Source: Mobula hypostoma (taxonomy: Eukaryota). From it: 64,000 bases of DNA. Below the pieces are notes generated by a model. The model worked only from the letters and a program-made list of their open reading frames with translations, searched no databases and was not told the origin of the DNA. Position 1 is the stretch's first letter, and the number at the start of each line of letters is the position of its first letter. The DNA lies in the NCBI RefSeq assembly GCF_963921235.1, contig NC_086097.1:103170001-103234000 (forward strand), in the 5' to 3' direction. A program made the position numbers and the translations under genes. Positions 37,790-51,005 of the stretch are shown here, in pieces.

Positions 37790-39240
37790 TTAATTTTACT
37801 CACCTTGTACATTTATATGTATTAGGAATTTGCTGTGGTGTATTGGTGCAACATACAACTAAAAACAATGTTCAATGATTAGAAAGAGTAAAGAATTATA
37901 TAAAAATAAGTTAGAGGTTAAAATATGGATATGGAATAAAATGTGCGTAAATACCAGCATGTGTTTAAAATATAAACAGCATCATGAACAGTGGTTTAAA
38001 GTATCTACAGTGCATTGTGATGATTCAAATAATAGGGAGGGATGGGCTGGGTAACTAGAATGGATTAACTGCCTTGGGGGTAGAAACTTTTAAGACAGCA
38101 TGAAGTTTTTGTTTTAATAGCCCTATCCAGAAAGGCCATTAAATTGCTTTCCAGTGGGGAGCTTTATAGGCAGTTTGCAGGGTACGTAGTGTCTGCAATC
38201 ACTTCTGTCTGCCTGGTTCTTTGTCCTGGAGACCTACAAATCCTGCACTGATGGTAGACTGCAGCCGGTGATTTTTTTCTGCAGACCTGACAGTTTGTAT
38301 AATGTGACAGACGGTAATGGCTGCGCTAAATAAGACAGTAGTGGATACTCTGTATGGTGGCAGTGTGGAGTTGCATCAGTATGTTCTGGGGAAGATGGAA
38401 TTTAACCAACTGCATCCTCTGCTGAGCCTTTTTGTTCATGAGGGAGATGTGGTTCTCCCACATGATGCGCAGGAAGTTGAATGTTGTAACCAGTTGCTTA
38501 TGATGAGCGGGTGGAGAGGAGACACATTTTTTCTGAAGATGATTCAGCTCCAAGTTGTTGTGATTGCACCAGGGCACCAGCTTGGTTACTTCTTGGTGGT
38601 ACTTGGATTTGTCACCTCTGGTGATTAGTCCTGTGACAGGGGTGTCAACTACAAACTTCATCAGTTTAACTGATGGATCACTGGAGGTGTAGAGAGAAAA
38701 TAGAAGAGGGGAGAGAACATACCAGTGCTAACCGAATGGGATGTGGAGATGTGCTTGCCTAGACCCACTTATTGCCTCCTACCAGAGAGGAAGTTTGTGT
38801 TCCACCTGTAGATGGGACCTGGTTAGTTAAGACTGAAGAGTTTCTGTTGCAAAAGCTCAGGGATGAGATTGACCAAGAGAATCCTGACGTATGTACTGTG
38901 GGACATGGGAGTTGAGGTGCTGTAGTATGAAGTCCTGATGTTAACTGCATCATCTATAGATCTATTGGCTCTGTCGGCAAACTGCAGCAGATCTTGGAAA
39001 TTTTGACCAACCTGTCAGAAGTTTTTATTATGACTGATGTGAGTGCAATTGGCGTGTAGTCATTCTGTTCAGTGATGCTTTGATTTTTGGGGGACTAGGA
39101 TAACAACATGCTGGAACAGTGCATAGTTTAAAAGACTGATTGAAAATGTCTGTGAAAAATGACAGTGGTCAGCTGGTTAGCAGAATGTTTAAGCATGGCA
39201 GGGAGACAGAGTCAGGGTGAGCAGCGGCCTTGACATTGCA
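37790..39240 (-). mobile_element. Decayed Rex1/Babar LINE
   Basis: WCNHNNLELN, KKAQQRM and QFA.RANRS remnants. Confidence 0.75.
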
Positions 39241-39249
39241 CCTCCTTTG

Positions 39250-39890
39250 GTACATCTCCTCCATCACCTCCATTCAGGGCCCCAAACAGTCCTTCCAGGT
39301 GAGGCAACACTTCACCTGTGAATCTGCTGGGATCATCTATCATGTCTGGTGCTCCCAATGCAGCCTCTCTACATTGGTGAGACCCGTCATAAATTGAGGA
39401 TCTGCTTCATCGAGCACCTCTGGACCATCTGTCACAAGCAGAACTTCCTGGTGGCCAACCATTTTAATTCCAATTCCCATTCCAGTTTCAACATGTCAGT
39501 TCATTGCCTCCTCTTGTGCCAAGATGAGGCCACCCTTGAGGTAGAAGAGCAAACCTTGTATTCTGTCTGGGTACCCTTCAGCCTGATGACATGAATATCA
39601 ATTTGACCTTCCGGTTAAAAAACACTCCCCCCCACCCTCCCCACCCTCCCCACTCACTCCCCATTCTGACCTTTTACCTCTTCTCCCCTGCCTATTATTT
39701 CCCCTTGGGTCCCTCCTCCTCCCCTTTCTCCTATGGTCCACTCTCCTATCAGATTCCTTCTTCTCCAGCCCTTGATCTTTCCCATCCACCTGGCTTCACC
39801 TATACCCTTACAGCTAGCCTCCTTCCCCTCCCCCAACCTTTTTATTCTGGCGTCTTCCCCCTTCCTTTTCAGACTTGAAGAAGGATCACT
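39250..39890 (+). mobile_element. Penelope-like 3' fragment (GIY-YIG remnant)
   Basis: LYIGETR..FIEHL..VANHFN in ORF 39349-39594. Confidence 0.85.
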
Positions 39891-41492
39891 GTTTTCAGTT
39901 TTTGCATGAAAGCAGCGATGAGCAGGGTCATAGCATGGTCATAATGTCCAAGGAGGACACAGGAATTGGCATTGTAGGCATTTTAATAGGGCTGTAGCAA
40001 TTGCCCAGAATGTTACCTTCTCTAGTTGAACATTTAATGTGTTATTGAAGTGTGTCAGTGATGGAGTTAGCTTTAATGACTATCCATCTATCTCTTCCTC
40101 CCACAAAAGGCCCTTTGAGCTGTGCTGCCCAGCAACTCCAGTGATTAAATCCTAGCCAAATCATGGGATAAGATAGATACTTTATTGATCCCAAAGGAAA
40201 TTACAGTGTCTCAGTAGTATTACAAGTGCACAGATATACAAATATCAGAAGTTAGAAAGAATAAAAACTTAATAAAAAAAAGTTACCTCAAACAGTCTAA
40301 CAGGAGGGGGTCATCACTTCCTCAGCTACAGGTTGACTCATTATAGAACCTAATGGCCGAGGGTAAGAATGACCTCATATAGTGCTCTTTGGAGCAGCAC
40401 AATTGTCTTAGTCTATTACTGAAAGTGCTCCTCTGTTCAGCCAAAGTGGCAAGCAGAGGGTGAGAAACATTATCCAGAAATGCCAGGATTTTCCATAGGG
40501 TTCTTTGTTCTACCACAGACAGCCTCTAGTGTGACCAGTTTGACTCCTATAACAGAACCAACCTTTCTAATTAGTTTATTGAGCCTATTGGCATCACCCA
40601 TGTTGATACCATTGCCCCAGCACACCACTGCATAGAAGATTGTACTTGCAACAACAGACTAGTAGAACATTTACGTGATCAATTAAGCTTACTAGCCAGT
40701 ATGTCTTTGGACTGTGGGAGGAAACTGGAGCTCCTGGAGGAAACCCATGTGCAGACAGGAAGGAACGTACGAACTTGCTTGCAGAGGACAATGGAATTGA
40801 ACTCCGAACGCTGATGCCTCAAGCTGTTATGGTGTTGCGCTAATGGCTACACCACCGTGGTGCCTCTATTGATGAATCTTCAAGTACATTATCAAAGTAT
40901 GTATACGTTATACAACCTTGAGATTCATCTTCTTACAGGCAGCCACAAAACAAAGAAAACTCCAAAAGAAAATCTGCAGATGCTGGAAATCCAAGCAACA
41001 CACACAAAATGCTGGAGGAACTCAGCAGGCCAGGCAGCATCTATGGGAAAAAAAGTACAGTCAACATTTTGGGCTGAGACCCCAAAAGAACCCACTAAAA
41101 AACAGAAGACTGTCAAACACCCGAAGTGCAAAGAAAAGGAAAAAAAACAAGTCGTGGAAAACAATAAAAGTAAACAAATAGCTTCCAAACTGAAGTTTTA
41201 CGAAAGACACAAAGCCAGGCATCTCTGCATCCAGATCTGCCATGCCACAGCCTCAGTTCAGTGCGGAGCTGAGTAAACATCGCGCAGCAGAACTGACCTT
41301 GCCTCACCTCTAGTTCCAACACCCTGACCTTTTCGATCTGGCCTGGCGCCGAATTCGTGCAGACATTGGGTTGTTCCTCGCTCTCTGACTGCCCTAGGGC
41401 CTGAACCCTGCCGCCACAATTTGGCACATACCCAACCTTTCCAATTCAGCTTAAATTGATCAGACTTAAAGACTTTCCTCGTGCTCGGTGGG

Positions 41493-41736
41493 TGTCACGA
41501 CTGCTCCGACTACGCCTCCACCTTCACTTGCCTTGACCATGCCTTCCCCATGCCTGCACTTCCACCACTGCTCACCTCTGCTTTCCTTCGCCACTTCTTG
41601 CCTGCAACTGCACCTCCGCCTCAGCTCACCTCTCCCTTGTTAACATTGATTGTTATTAATAAAGTGTTACTAATAAGGTATTTAGTAGTTTTCTTTTGTT
41701 TTTTTGCCCCAGTAAATAGTTATTGGGCATCGTGAG
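41493..41736 (+). mobile_element. Possible short, degenerate solo LTR
   Basis: Starts TGTCACGA and ends TCGTGA (terminal CA missing); internal AATAAA; no clean TSD. Confidence 0.35.
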
Positions 41737-42433
41737 TGCCATCTTAAAGTGGAATCTTGGCTATATTAATGACTGCTTGAATTCTATATTAATTTCTTTG
41801 TGCTGCTTCTTGAATTTTTATATGGTAAGTACTGTTTTTTCCCAAATAAAATTAGTATTTGTCATAAAAATTCAAGAAACAGCAGGAGAAACATCACAGC
41901 AGAGCTACAGTCATAAACTCAAGGTTTTCTCTGATTTTATAATGAGAGTCAAGCATTTCTATTTGGACATGTCAAAATTGCATAGTAGTCTAAACGGTAG
42001 TACAATACTAACATTGACAAAATGTGTTTGAACTGCACTTGTTTACTACTTTCTCCTCCATTAGTAACCAGCCTCAAGTCTTTTTTTCTGATTTAATCAC
42101 TGTCTGAATTTCTATCTGTCCAGGGATTCCTGGGCATTCAAAATTGAGAAGTCCACTGGTGCCCTAAATTATAAATCTTCATGACCACTTAAAATGTCCT
42201 GCTGAAGGATTTTGGCCTGAAACGTTGACTGTACTCTTTTCCTAGATGCTGCCTGGCCTGCTGAGTTCCTGCAGCATTTTGAGTGTGTGTTGCTCGCATT
42301 TCCAGCATCTGCAGATTTTCTCTTGTGTGACTCAAAGTAACTTTTGTTTTTATTACTCTTCATTCTTATTTCATTAACCTTGATTTCATTTAACCAAATG
42401 CTAGCAACCAATACAGTGTTGCCAATCCCTATT

Positions 42434-43505
42434 TGTCATAAGGAGGTGGCTGGGAACGGACCCAAGTGAAAGACACAGACACTGAAGTACTAGGGACAAG
42501 ACTAGGATACAGGGTGAGGGTTAGGACTTGGACACAAAAACCAGGAACCTGGAATAGGACTGGACAAGAGAGCTAGGAGCCCGGGTTTGGACTCCGAGAC
42601 AGGACAAGGACCCTGGGTCTTGCCTCTGGCTCGGACCCCAGAACTAGGCAAGGACATGACTTGGCTGGCAGGCAGGACGAGGCTGGAGTCTTCAGACTTG
42701 GGGCGAGGCTGGAGGCTGGAGACTTGAGGCTTGAGGTCTTGAAGCTTGGCTTGGGGCGAGGCTTGAGGTCTTGAAGCTCGGCTTGGGGCGAGGCTCGAGG
42801 CTTGGGGTCTTGAAGCTCCTCCTGGGCAGGGCGCGGATCTCCACCCAACGGAGGCAAGAGACAGGAAGGGACAGAACCAACCGCAGGTAACGGCAAGACG
42901 GCCTGGCTTACCCAGCGGAGGCAAGGGATAGGAAGGGACAGAACCAACCGTAAGTAACGGCAAGAGGGCCTGGCTTACCCGACAGAGGCAAGGGACAGGA
43001 AGGGGCAGAACCAATCGCAGGGTAACGGCAAGTCGGCCTGACTTACCTGGTGGAGGTAAGGGACAGGAAGGGAGCTAGGTACAGGGTGGCTCCAAGACAA
43101 GACTTTAGGCGAGAAGAGGCGAGAGTTACCAGCAAGACAAGGCAAGGCTTCAGGCAATGCAAGGCGAGACAAGAACTTCAGGCAAGGCGAGAGTTACCGG
43201 CAAGACAAGGCAAGGCTTCAGGCAATGCAAGGCAAGACAAGAACTTCAGGCGAGGTGAGAGTTACAGGCAAGGCAAGGCGAGGAAACAGAAGGCAGGGGA
43301 AGGGATACAAGGAGTAAGGACAAGAAAAATCCAGCAGCTACGCCCTGGTCTCTGGAGGTATTTATGCAGCCAGTGCCAATGAGAATCAGCTGCCTCAATT
43401 AGTGCTCAACAGGAACAGAAACAGGATAGACAGGAAAACCTAGAGCAAGGGTCGATGGACTGGACTGTGAACCGGAATGTGGACTTCACAGACCGGACCA
43501 TGTCA
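42434..43505. mobile_element. Solo LTR (1072 bp) with internal tandem repeats
   Basis: TGTCAT...ATGTCA termini. CTATT at 42429-42433 and 43506-43510 (5-bp TSD). GC-rich internal arrays. Confidence 0.85.
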
Positions 43506-44289
43506 CTATTAGTTATTGGGATACATAAAGACAATGAAACTGCACATTGAAAAGAAGGCAATCAAAGGTCCATTGTTTTCATTGTGAATAAAATATCCAG
43601 CAGCCTTGTGATAAGTGCTCCTTCTTGTATGACTTGTTGCAGCTGCTTCTTTCCTTGCCATTTCCATCAGACCTGCAGAGGTTCATTTGCCAGTAGGTTC
43701 TTTCCATATATGAAGTTGCTATCACTTTACATTCTCCCACCCTGCAATTCATGAATTTTATTCTTTCAATAGAGAACTTTTTAAATTCTTATTTTAGTCT
43801 GCATCTCTCATTCTTTAGTAGCCTGTGTTTCTATCATTTCTGGCTTCTTTCCCTCCTGTTATCTGACAGTCAGATTTACAGCCATCCAGGATCTGGGAAG
43901 TTATCTTCTGCACCACCTCTTAAACACTAATTAATTAAAACCTTTGTCAGCCTTTTGGAAACCTATTCTAGCATCTCTTTTACTATGTGAACTCCTTAGA
44001 TACTTTGCATATTAAAGAGACTGTGTAAATCATAATTTAATATTTTTCTTTGAGTTAACCCAATTTATTGAAATAAGGTTGACTGATATGGTTCAGAATT
44101 CAAAGTAAATTTCTTATCAAGTTACATGTATGTCACCATATACAAACTTGAGATTCTGCATTTTCTTGCAGACAATCACAGTAAATACAAGAAACACAAT
44201 AGAATTAAAGGACCACACCCAATGGAACAGACAAACAACCAAAGTACAAAAGGCAACATAAATACAAAAAACTGATTGTAATAATTCAC

Positions 44290-44630
44290 TTGTTTGATAT
44301 GTGCCATGTCATATAACGAGGGTGATCGTGATCTTTTCGTGACCATGATTGTCCTTGGAAAATTTTTCTGCAGAAATGGTTTGCTGTTGCCTTCTTCAGG
44401 GTGACCCCAGTCATTATCAATACTCTTCAGAGGTTGTCTGCATGGTGTTGATGGTGGCATAACCAGCTGCTCCCATGGCTTCATGTTACCTGATTTTGGG
44501 GTGGGGGGGTGGGGTGGGTGTTGCTGAGCAGGTGTTATGTCTTGCCCAAGGGTGACCTGCAGCCTAGCAGAGAAAAGGATCGTCTTGTGTACCCCCTTTG
44601 GTAGAGACCTATCTCCACCCCGCCACCCAT
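44290..44630 (-). mobile_element. SINE-like or RTE-related non-autonomous element nested in a Rex1 tail
   Basis: Reverse complement contains GAAGGCAACAGCAAACCA, similar to the SINE at 37345. It splits a Rex1-type 3' UTR (about 44095-44790) at its aat-rich tract. Confidence 0.5.
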
Positions 44631-45467
44631 AATAATAATTAATAATTAATAAATAAGCAATAAATACCAAGAACATGAGATGAAGAATCCTTGAAAGTGA
44701 TCCCATAGGTTGTGAGAACAGTTCAGTGACGGAATGAATGAAGTTATCCCTTCTGGTTCTAGAATCTGATGGTTGAGGGGTAATAGCCAGTTGTGCAAAA
44801 TTATAATCATCCTTGGAGTATTCATGTTAAATTTGTCAAATTGACATATTAACTTGAGGTGTTTGAATAAGGTGATAAATAAGCCATGGGAAGAATTATA
44901 TTAAGTGCATTACCATAATAAAAGGTCCTGCTTGATTGATAGCAAGATCATCTGCTGTGAAAGCATTACCTAGTCATATGAAGGTGAAAATATTACTATT
45001 GAGTAGTACAGAGAACCATAGCTGCTTAATTGGGTTAACTATAATTGGGTGCTTCTAGCAGTTCAGAGCCTTTCCTCCATTTGGTGACTTGACCTTCATT
45101 GTCAAGGAGGGGGTTGATAAAAGTTGAAAGATGAGAAAATGGGCAAAAAAATCAATGCAAGCTGATTGGATTCAACCTGATAATGTATGAAGGGTACTAG
45201 GTAAATAGTGTTACAGAAACATTAGCTGAAAATTTATGGAGAGATTTTCTTCAAAATGGAGAGGGAAATCTTAAATATCAATGTGCTTTCCTTGCATTGA
45301 ACATTTATTAATAAACCTGGAGCCAGAGAGCAGGGGACAAACTACTTCGACAATTGTCCTCCGTGCTTTTACAATGTAGACGTTTCCAGCAAAGTTTTTA
45401 AAAATTAAAAATCATTGTACATTTTCCTTCTGTACCAAATTGTTCAAAAGTATTATTTAACCAGACA

Positions 45468-46029
45468 GGAGGCCCTCTGTTGACCATGGATGTTGCATTC
45501 TAGCTGTCATAGCACCACCAGTCAATATGCAAGCCAGGGCAGTACGATATGGAGAGCAAGCTGTTGTTCATGCAGCAGACTGCCCCACTCCACACAGCTG
45601 ATGAATCCAAGGGTACGGCAGAAACTGATACAGTTTGGAAACAGCTGTGTCGCAGGAGTTGCCTGTCAGCTTTGAACTCAACTTAGGGACTCCTGCTCCA
45701 GATTTTTCCCTTGAGGTTTACTTCCAAAGCCTTTCCCATGTGTGGGTTTAAGGCAGCGGAGGTTTAAGATCAGAGTTTTCCTTCTGGATGAGCTGTCAAC
45801 CATGGCTGACGAGCAACTGGTTTTAAGGTGCCAGTCACCTGCTCTTGCCCCTTCTCCTATAGATAAAAACAGTTCCACTGGGTTTAGTAGTTTGGCCACA
45901 CATGAAGGCCAGAAGCTGGATTTAGTTGTCAGAGCCTATTGGAGATGCATGCTCTTGGAAGCTTTTAATAGGTAGTGGGAACTCATCCCCACTACTTTAC
46001 CACCCCAGCTACGGCACTCTTAAGGAACC
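45468..46029. mobile_element. Unclassified non-coding insertion with TSD (probably a non-autonomous retroelement)
   Basis: TTAACCAGACA (45457-45467) and TTAGCCAGACA (46030-46040) flank a block that is GC-richer than its surroundings. Confidence 0.55.
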
Positions 46030-48076
46030 TTAGCCAGACAAGCTCCTGCTTAAATAAGCACATTTTGCCTCTGATTTCTTAGTGATTGCCAGGCTTTAAC
46101 ACTACCTGTCAGAAAACTGGTGCCTCCAGTCTTTAAGTCACGCCATAAACTATCTCTTTCTCGCTGGCCTTCGTCTGAAGCTGAAGCCCCACCTTCTAAC
46201 TCTGATTCCTCTTGTTTTTTTTTCTCCAGTCTTGTCGAAGGGTCTTGGCCCAAAACATCGACTGTACTCTCTTCCATAGATGCTGCCTGGCCTGCTGAGT
46301 TCCTCCAGCATTGTGTGGCTTGGATTTCCAGCAACTGGAGATTTTCTCTTGTTCAAGTTGTTTTAAGTGTTTTATTTGACCTTGCAGTGGGCTGGCACAA
46401 CTAGTAGAGCTGTTGCATCAAAGTGCTAATGTCCTGGATTTGTTCTGTTCTTGGATGCTGCCTGTGTGTACGTTGAACATTCTCCCTGATGAAGGGTCTC
46501 AGCTCAAAGCATCAACTATGCATTTCCCTCCATAAATGATGCCTGACCTGCTGAGTTCCTCCAGCGTTTTGTGTGTGTTTCTCAATTTCCAGCATTTGCA
46601 GATTCTCATGCGTCCCTGATTTCCTGTAGTTTTCTCCTACTTTCCAAAGACAGGTAGGTTAATTGGTCGTTGTAAATTGTCCCTAGTGTGTAGGTGAGGA
46701 ATAGAATCTGGGGGAATTTTGATAGGGTGTGGAAATGTGGGATGAGTGGAAGTGGGTGATTGAAGGTTGTTGGTGGCAGAAAGCTCTGGTTCCTAGTTGT
46801 ATGACTCTGATGTTGATCTTTTCAGCAATGACAATTGTGCTTTTGGTTACCTGTCACTCTGGACCTGTTTCTCTATTCTTCTTCACCTCACTATCCCTTT
46901 CTACCACTTTTAAGATGCTCCTTAAAACTTCACTCTTAAGTTTATATAACAAAAGGAGACCATTCAGCACATTGTGTCCATTTTAGCTCCAAACAGATTG
47001 ATCTAGATCACTCTTACTTCCTATCTGTCAGTCTATAGCTTTAGAGGTTGGTGCTCTTCATGTGCTTCTAAACACATTTAAACTTGTGGATTTCTGCCTC
47101 CACTGTCCTTTCAAGTAATGAGTTCCAGACTCTCATTGCTCTCTGTGTAATAGAGCTTTTCTTCAATTCCTTTCTCTTTATTCTTTCCTTCAATTAATTT
47201 AAATCTATGTCTCATTATTGTCAACCTTTGTGCCAAGGGAAACATTCACCTCAAATTTAAGGACCTTACTTTAAACAACCTTAATTTTCTTTATTCCTTA
47301 AATACAGCCGCACCTTCAATATTAGATCCTCATGAATATAACTCTCCAGAGCCCAGCAACATCTACATAAGTCTCCTACACGTTCTTTTATCTTGCCATA
47401 TCTTTCCTCCAGTGTGTGACCAAAGCTGTAGGCACTGTACAATTCATGGCCTATTAGCATTGGCTTAACTAGTACTGTTCTATTTTCTTCTTGAGCCAGC
47501 AGAACCAAGTATCTCTTGTGCCTTTTTCATGATTTGTGGATATCCACTACACGATCCCTTTGTTGTCTACACTACTTTTTATCCTCCTGTCTATCGTCTA
47601 TTCCCTTGTTTCACTGACCCCAATTCATTACTTTGAACTTTTCTGGATTAAATTCCAGTTACTATATGTGTGCCTATAACTAGTACAATACATTATAGAC
47701 TTGCCTGAATTAACAATTCTCAATGAAGACTAGTGCCAAATAAGGCCTCCACCCCTTTTTCCAACTTAGTGCCTCCAAAAATATTGCCACAAGCGTGGAG
47801 CAGGAACAGCTTCAAAGACCATGGGAACCTATTCCAGACCTGAACCTGAGTGGTCAAGTTGCAGAATGCAGGTGACACATTGTGTTTGCAAGTACTCAGA
47901 TGCCGAGCTCAAAACCACTGGTTCTGCTTTCACTGAAGCGTATGTGAGAATGAGTCTTGCACTCAAAATTACAAGAGGAAGGGCAGTGACCAACATGTAT
48001 ACTGGAAATGTATATTGAAAGTATGCTTTGATGAAGGCATCATCAATGAAGAAATTCATGGCCTTCAATATGCCAG

Positions 48077-49769
48077 CAACACACATCAAAGTTGCTGGTG
48101 AACGCAGCAGGCCAGGCAGCATCTGTAGGAAGAGGTGCAGTTGACGTTTCAGGCCGAGACCCTTTGTCAGGACTAACAGAAGGAAGAGTGAGTAAGGGAT
48201 TTGAAAGTTGGAGGGGGAGGGGGAGATCCAAAATGATAGGAGAAGACAGGAGGGGGAGGGATAGAGCCAAGAGATGGACAGGTGATAGGCAAAAGGGGAT
48301 ACGAGAGGATCATGGGACAGGAGGTCCGGGAAGAAAGACAAGTGGGGGGGGGAACCCAGAAGATGGGCAAGAGGTATATTCAGAGGGACAGAGGGAGAAA
48401 AAAGAGAGTGAGAGAAAGAATGTGTGCATAAAAATAAGTAACAGATGGGGTACGAGGGGGAGGTGGGGCCTTAGCGGAAGTTAGAGAAGTCGATGTTCAT
48501 GCCATCAGGTTGGAGGCTACCCAGACGAAATATAAGGTGTTGTTCCTCCAACCTGAGTGTGGCTTCATCTTTACAGTAGAGGAGGCCGTGGATAGACATG
48601 TCAGAATGGGAATGGGATGTGGAATTAAAATGTGTGGCCACTGGGAGATCCTGCTTTCTCTGGTGGACAGAGCGTAGATGTTCAGCAAAGCAGTCTCCCA
48701 GTCTGCGTCGGGTCTCGCCAATATATAAAAGGCCACATAGGGAGCACCGGACGCAGTATATCACCCCAGTCGACTCACAGGTGAAGTGTTGCCTCACCTG
48801 GAAGGACTGTTTGGGGCCCTGAATGGTGGTAAGGGAGGAAGTGTGAGGGCATGTGTAGCACTTGTTCCGCTTACACGGATAAGTGCCAGGAGGGAGATCA
48901 GTGGGGAGGGATGGGGGGGACGAATGGACAAGGGAGTTGCGTAGGGAGCGATCCCTGCGGAATGCAGGGGGGGGGAGGGAAAGGTGTGCTTAGTGGTGGG
49001 ATCCCGTTGGAGGTCAACACTTCACCTGTGAGTCGACTGGGGTGATATACTGCGTCCGGTGCTCCCGATGTGGCCTTTTATATATTGGCGAGACCCGACG
49101 CAGACTGGGAGACCGCTTTGCTGAACATCTACGCTCTGTCCGCCAGAGAAAGCAGGATCTCCCAGTGGCCACACATTTTAATTCCACATCCCGTTCCCAT
49201 TCTGACATGTCTATCCACGGCCTCCTCTACTGTAAAGATGAAGCCACACTCAGGTTGGAGGAACAACACCTTATATTCCGTCTGGGTAGCCTCCAACCTG
49301 ATGGCATGAACATCGACTTCTCTAACTTCCGCTAAGGCCCCACCTCCCCCTCGTACCCCATCTGTTACTTATTTTTATGCACACATTCTTTCTTTCACTC
49401 TCTTTTTTCTCCCTCTGTCCCTCTGAATATACCTCTTGCCCATCCTCTGGGTTGCCCCCCCCCACTTGTCTTTCTTCCCGGACCTCCTGTCCCATGATCC
49501 TCTCGTATCCCCTTTTGCCTATCACCTGTCCAGCTCTTGGCTCTATCCCTCCCCCTCCTGTCTTCTCCTATCATTTTGCATCTCCCCCTCCCCCTCCAAC
49601 TTTCAAATCCCTTACTCACTGTTCCTTCAGTTAGTCCTGACGAAGGGTCTCGGCCTGAAACGTCGACTGCACCTCTCCCTACAGATGCTGCCTGGCCTGC
49701 TGCGTTCACCAGCAACTTTGATGTGTGTTGCTTGAATTTCCAGCATCTGCAGAATTCCTGTTGTTTGCA
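48077..49769. mobile_element. Young inverted Penelope-like element with two GIY-YIG arms
   Basis: Minus arm 48077-49013 and plus arm 49014-49769 are near-identical, each encoding VIYCVRC..LYIGET.R.L..RF.EH..HF..E..G.N. TTCAATATGCCAG duplicated at 48064-48076 and 49770-49782. Confidence 0.92.
49633..49668 (+). ncRNA. Minimal type I hammerhead ribozyme, intact core, sense to the TTBK2 pre-mRNA
   Basis: AGUC-CUGACGA-AGGGUCUCGGCCU-GAAAC-GUC^GACU; predicted cleavage 3' of 49664. Confidence 0.78.
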
Positions 49770-50589
49770 TTCAATATGCCAGAACTGCTTTTGGTTGATT
49801 GAAGAAAAAATTCAAAGCACATTTATTATTAAAGAATGTTTAAGTTATACACCTTGAAACTTGTCTGCTTACAGACAGTTACAAAACAAGAAACCTGAAA
49901 AACCCAATTTAAAAAAGACTAAAAACCACAGCGCAAAGAAAGAGAGAGGGTTTAAAAAAAACTTACCATGCAAGCGAACAGCATCCTGAACCAGACTGAG
50001 TCCCAGATCTGCTCCTGGAGCGGCTGGAGTAGGCTCAAGCCAATGCTCGGTCCCCAGTTCATCACATCAGCGGGGCCGAAATGCACAGCAGCCAGATCAG
50101 TTCACAGCCTTGGCACTGCGGAGAAAGGAATAAACATTCACGGGAGATCGAGCAAAATCAGCCCAAGCCGAGCCTCCATTCCCGACACTCAGGCTTTCCA
50201 GTGTATCTGGAGAGTATTTGAATATTAAGACCTCAAATCTTGCACAGAGCATGTGGCCTACGAGACGGGAGAGATCCCTGCTCTCTGCTGTTCTCCATGG
50301 ACAGGGATTACCTGCAGCAGTTATCTAAGGTCATCGGAAAAAATGTCACCCAAGCATCTTGCAAAAATCCTCCATCTTCACTGGGACATGCAAAGGTTAG
50401 CAGCCTCTTGCAAGGCCCTATGTGCACTCTAGTTCCCAGTGTTGGTCAGAGCATGTTGTTCACAGGGCTAACACCAAACTCCTGAAGTAGATATCCTCTT
50501 CCAAGGTCTGACAAAAGAATAGGTTACTGAACAGAAAGCAGAAGACTCAAAAATGTGTGCAAAATTTCTTTGTTGAAATACAACATTCC

Positions 50590-51005
50590 CACCAATGGAG
50601 TGGGTTGACTAAAGTGGATCGTTTTCTCTGGTACATGGAGGCTGAGAGGAGACCTGACTGAATGATGATAGAATTATGAATGACAAAGTCAGAGGGCAGA
50701 TAGTCTTTTTTTTTTCAGGATGATAATGTCAAATACTAGAGAGCAGAGGTTTAAGTTAGGAGAGGGAAAGTTTAAAGGAGATGTACATGGAAAGTTATTT
50801 TTTACACAGAGAGTGGTAGTTGCTTTGAATGTACTCTTACGGGAGGTAGTGGGAGCAGATACAATGGCTGTGTTTTGAGAGACATTTAGACAGGTGCATG
50901 ACAGGCAGGAAATCGAAGGGTATAGACAACATTTGCATCATTTTCAGCGCAGTGTTTTGTGGGCCCAATGGCCTGTTCTTGTGCTGCTCTAATCTATCTT
51001 CTATG
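50590..51005 (+). mobile_element. Old CR1 3' fragment
   Basis: ttttacacagagagtggt (FTQRVV) and CR1-type 3' UTR. Confidence 0.7.

Noticed and set aside
42502..43382. Several proline- or arginine-rich ORFs
   Set aside because: They come from tandem repeats inside a solo LTR and show no gag or pol motifs.
48471..49335. Bacterial or intron-type GIY-YIG homing endonuclease genes
   Set aside because: They carry the Cys/His pattern and pLTR/hammerhead context of Penelope-like elements.
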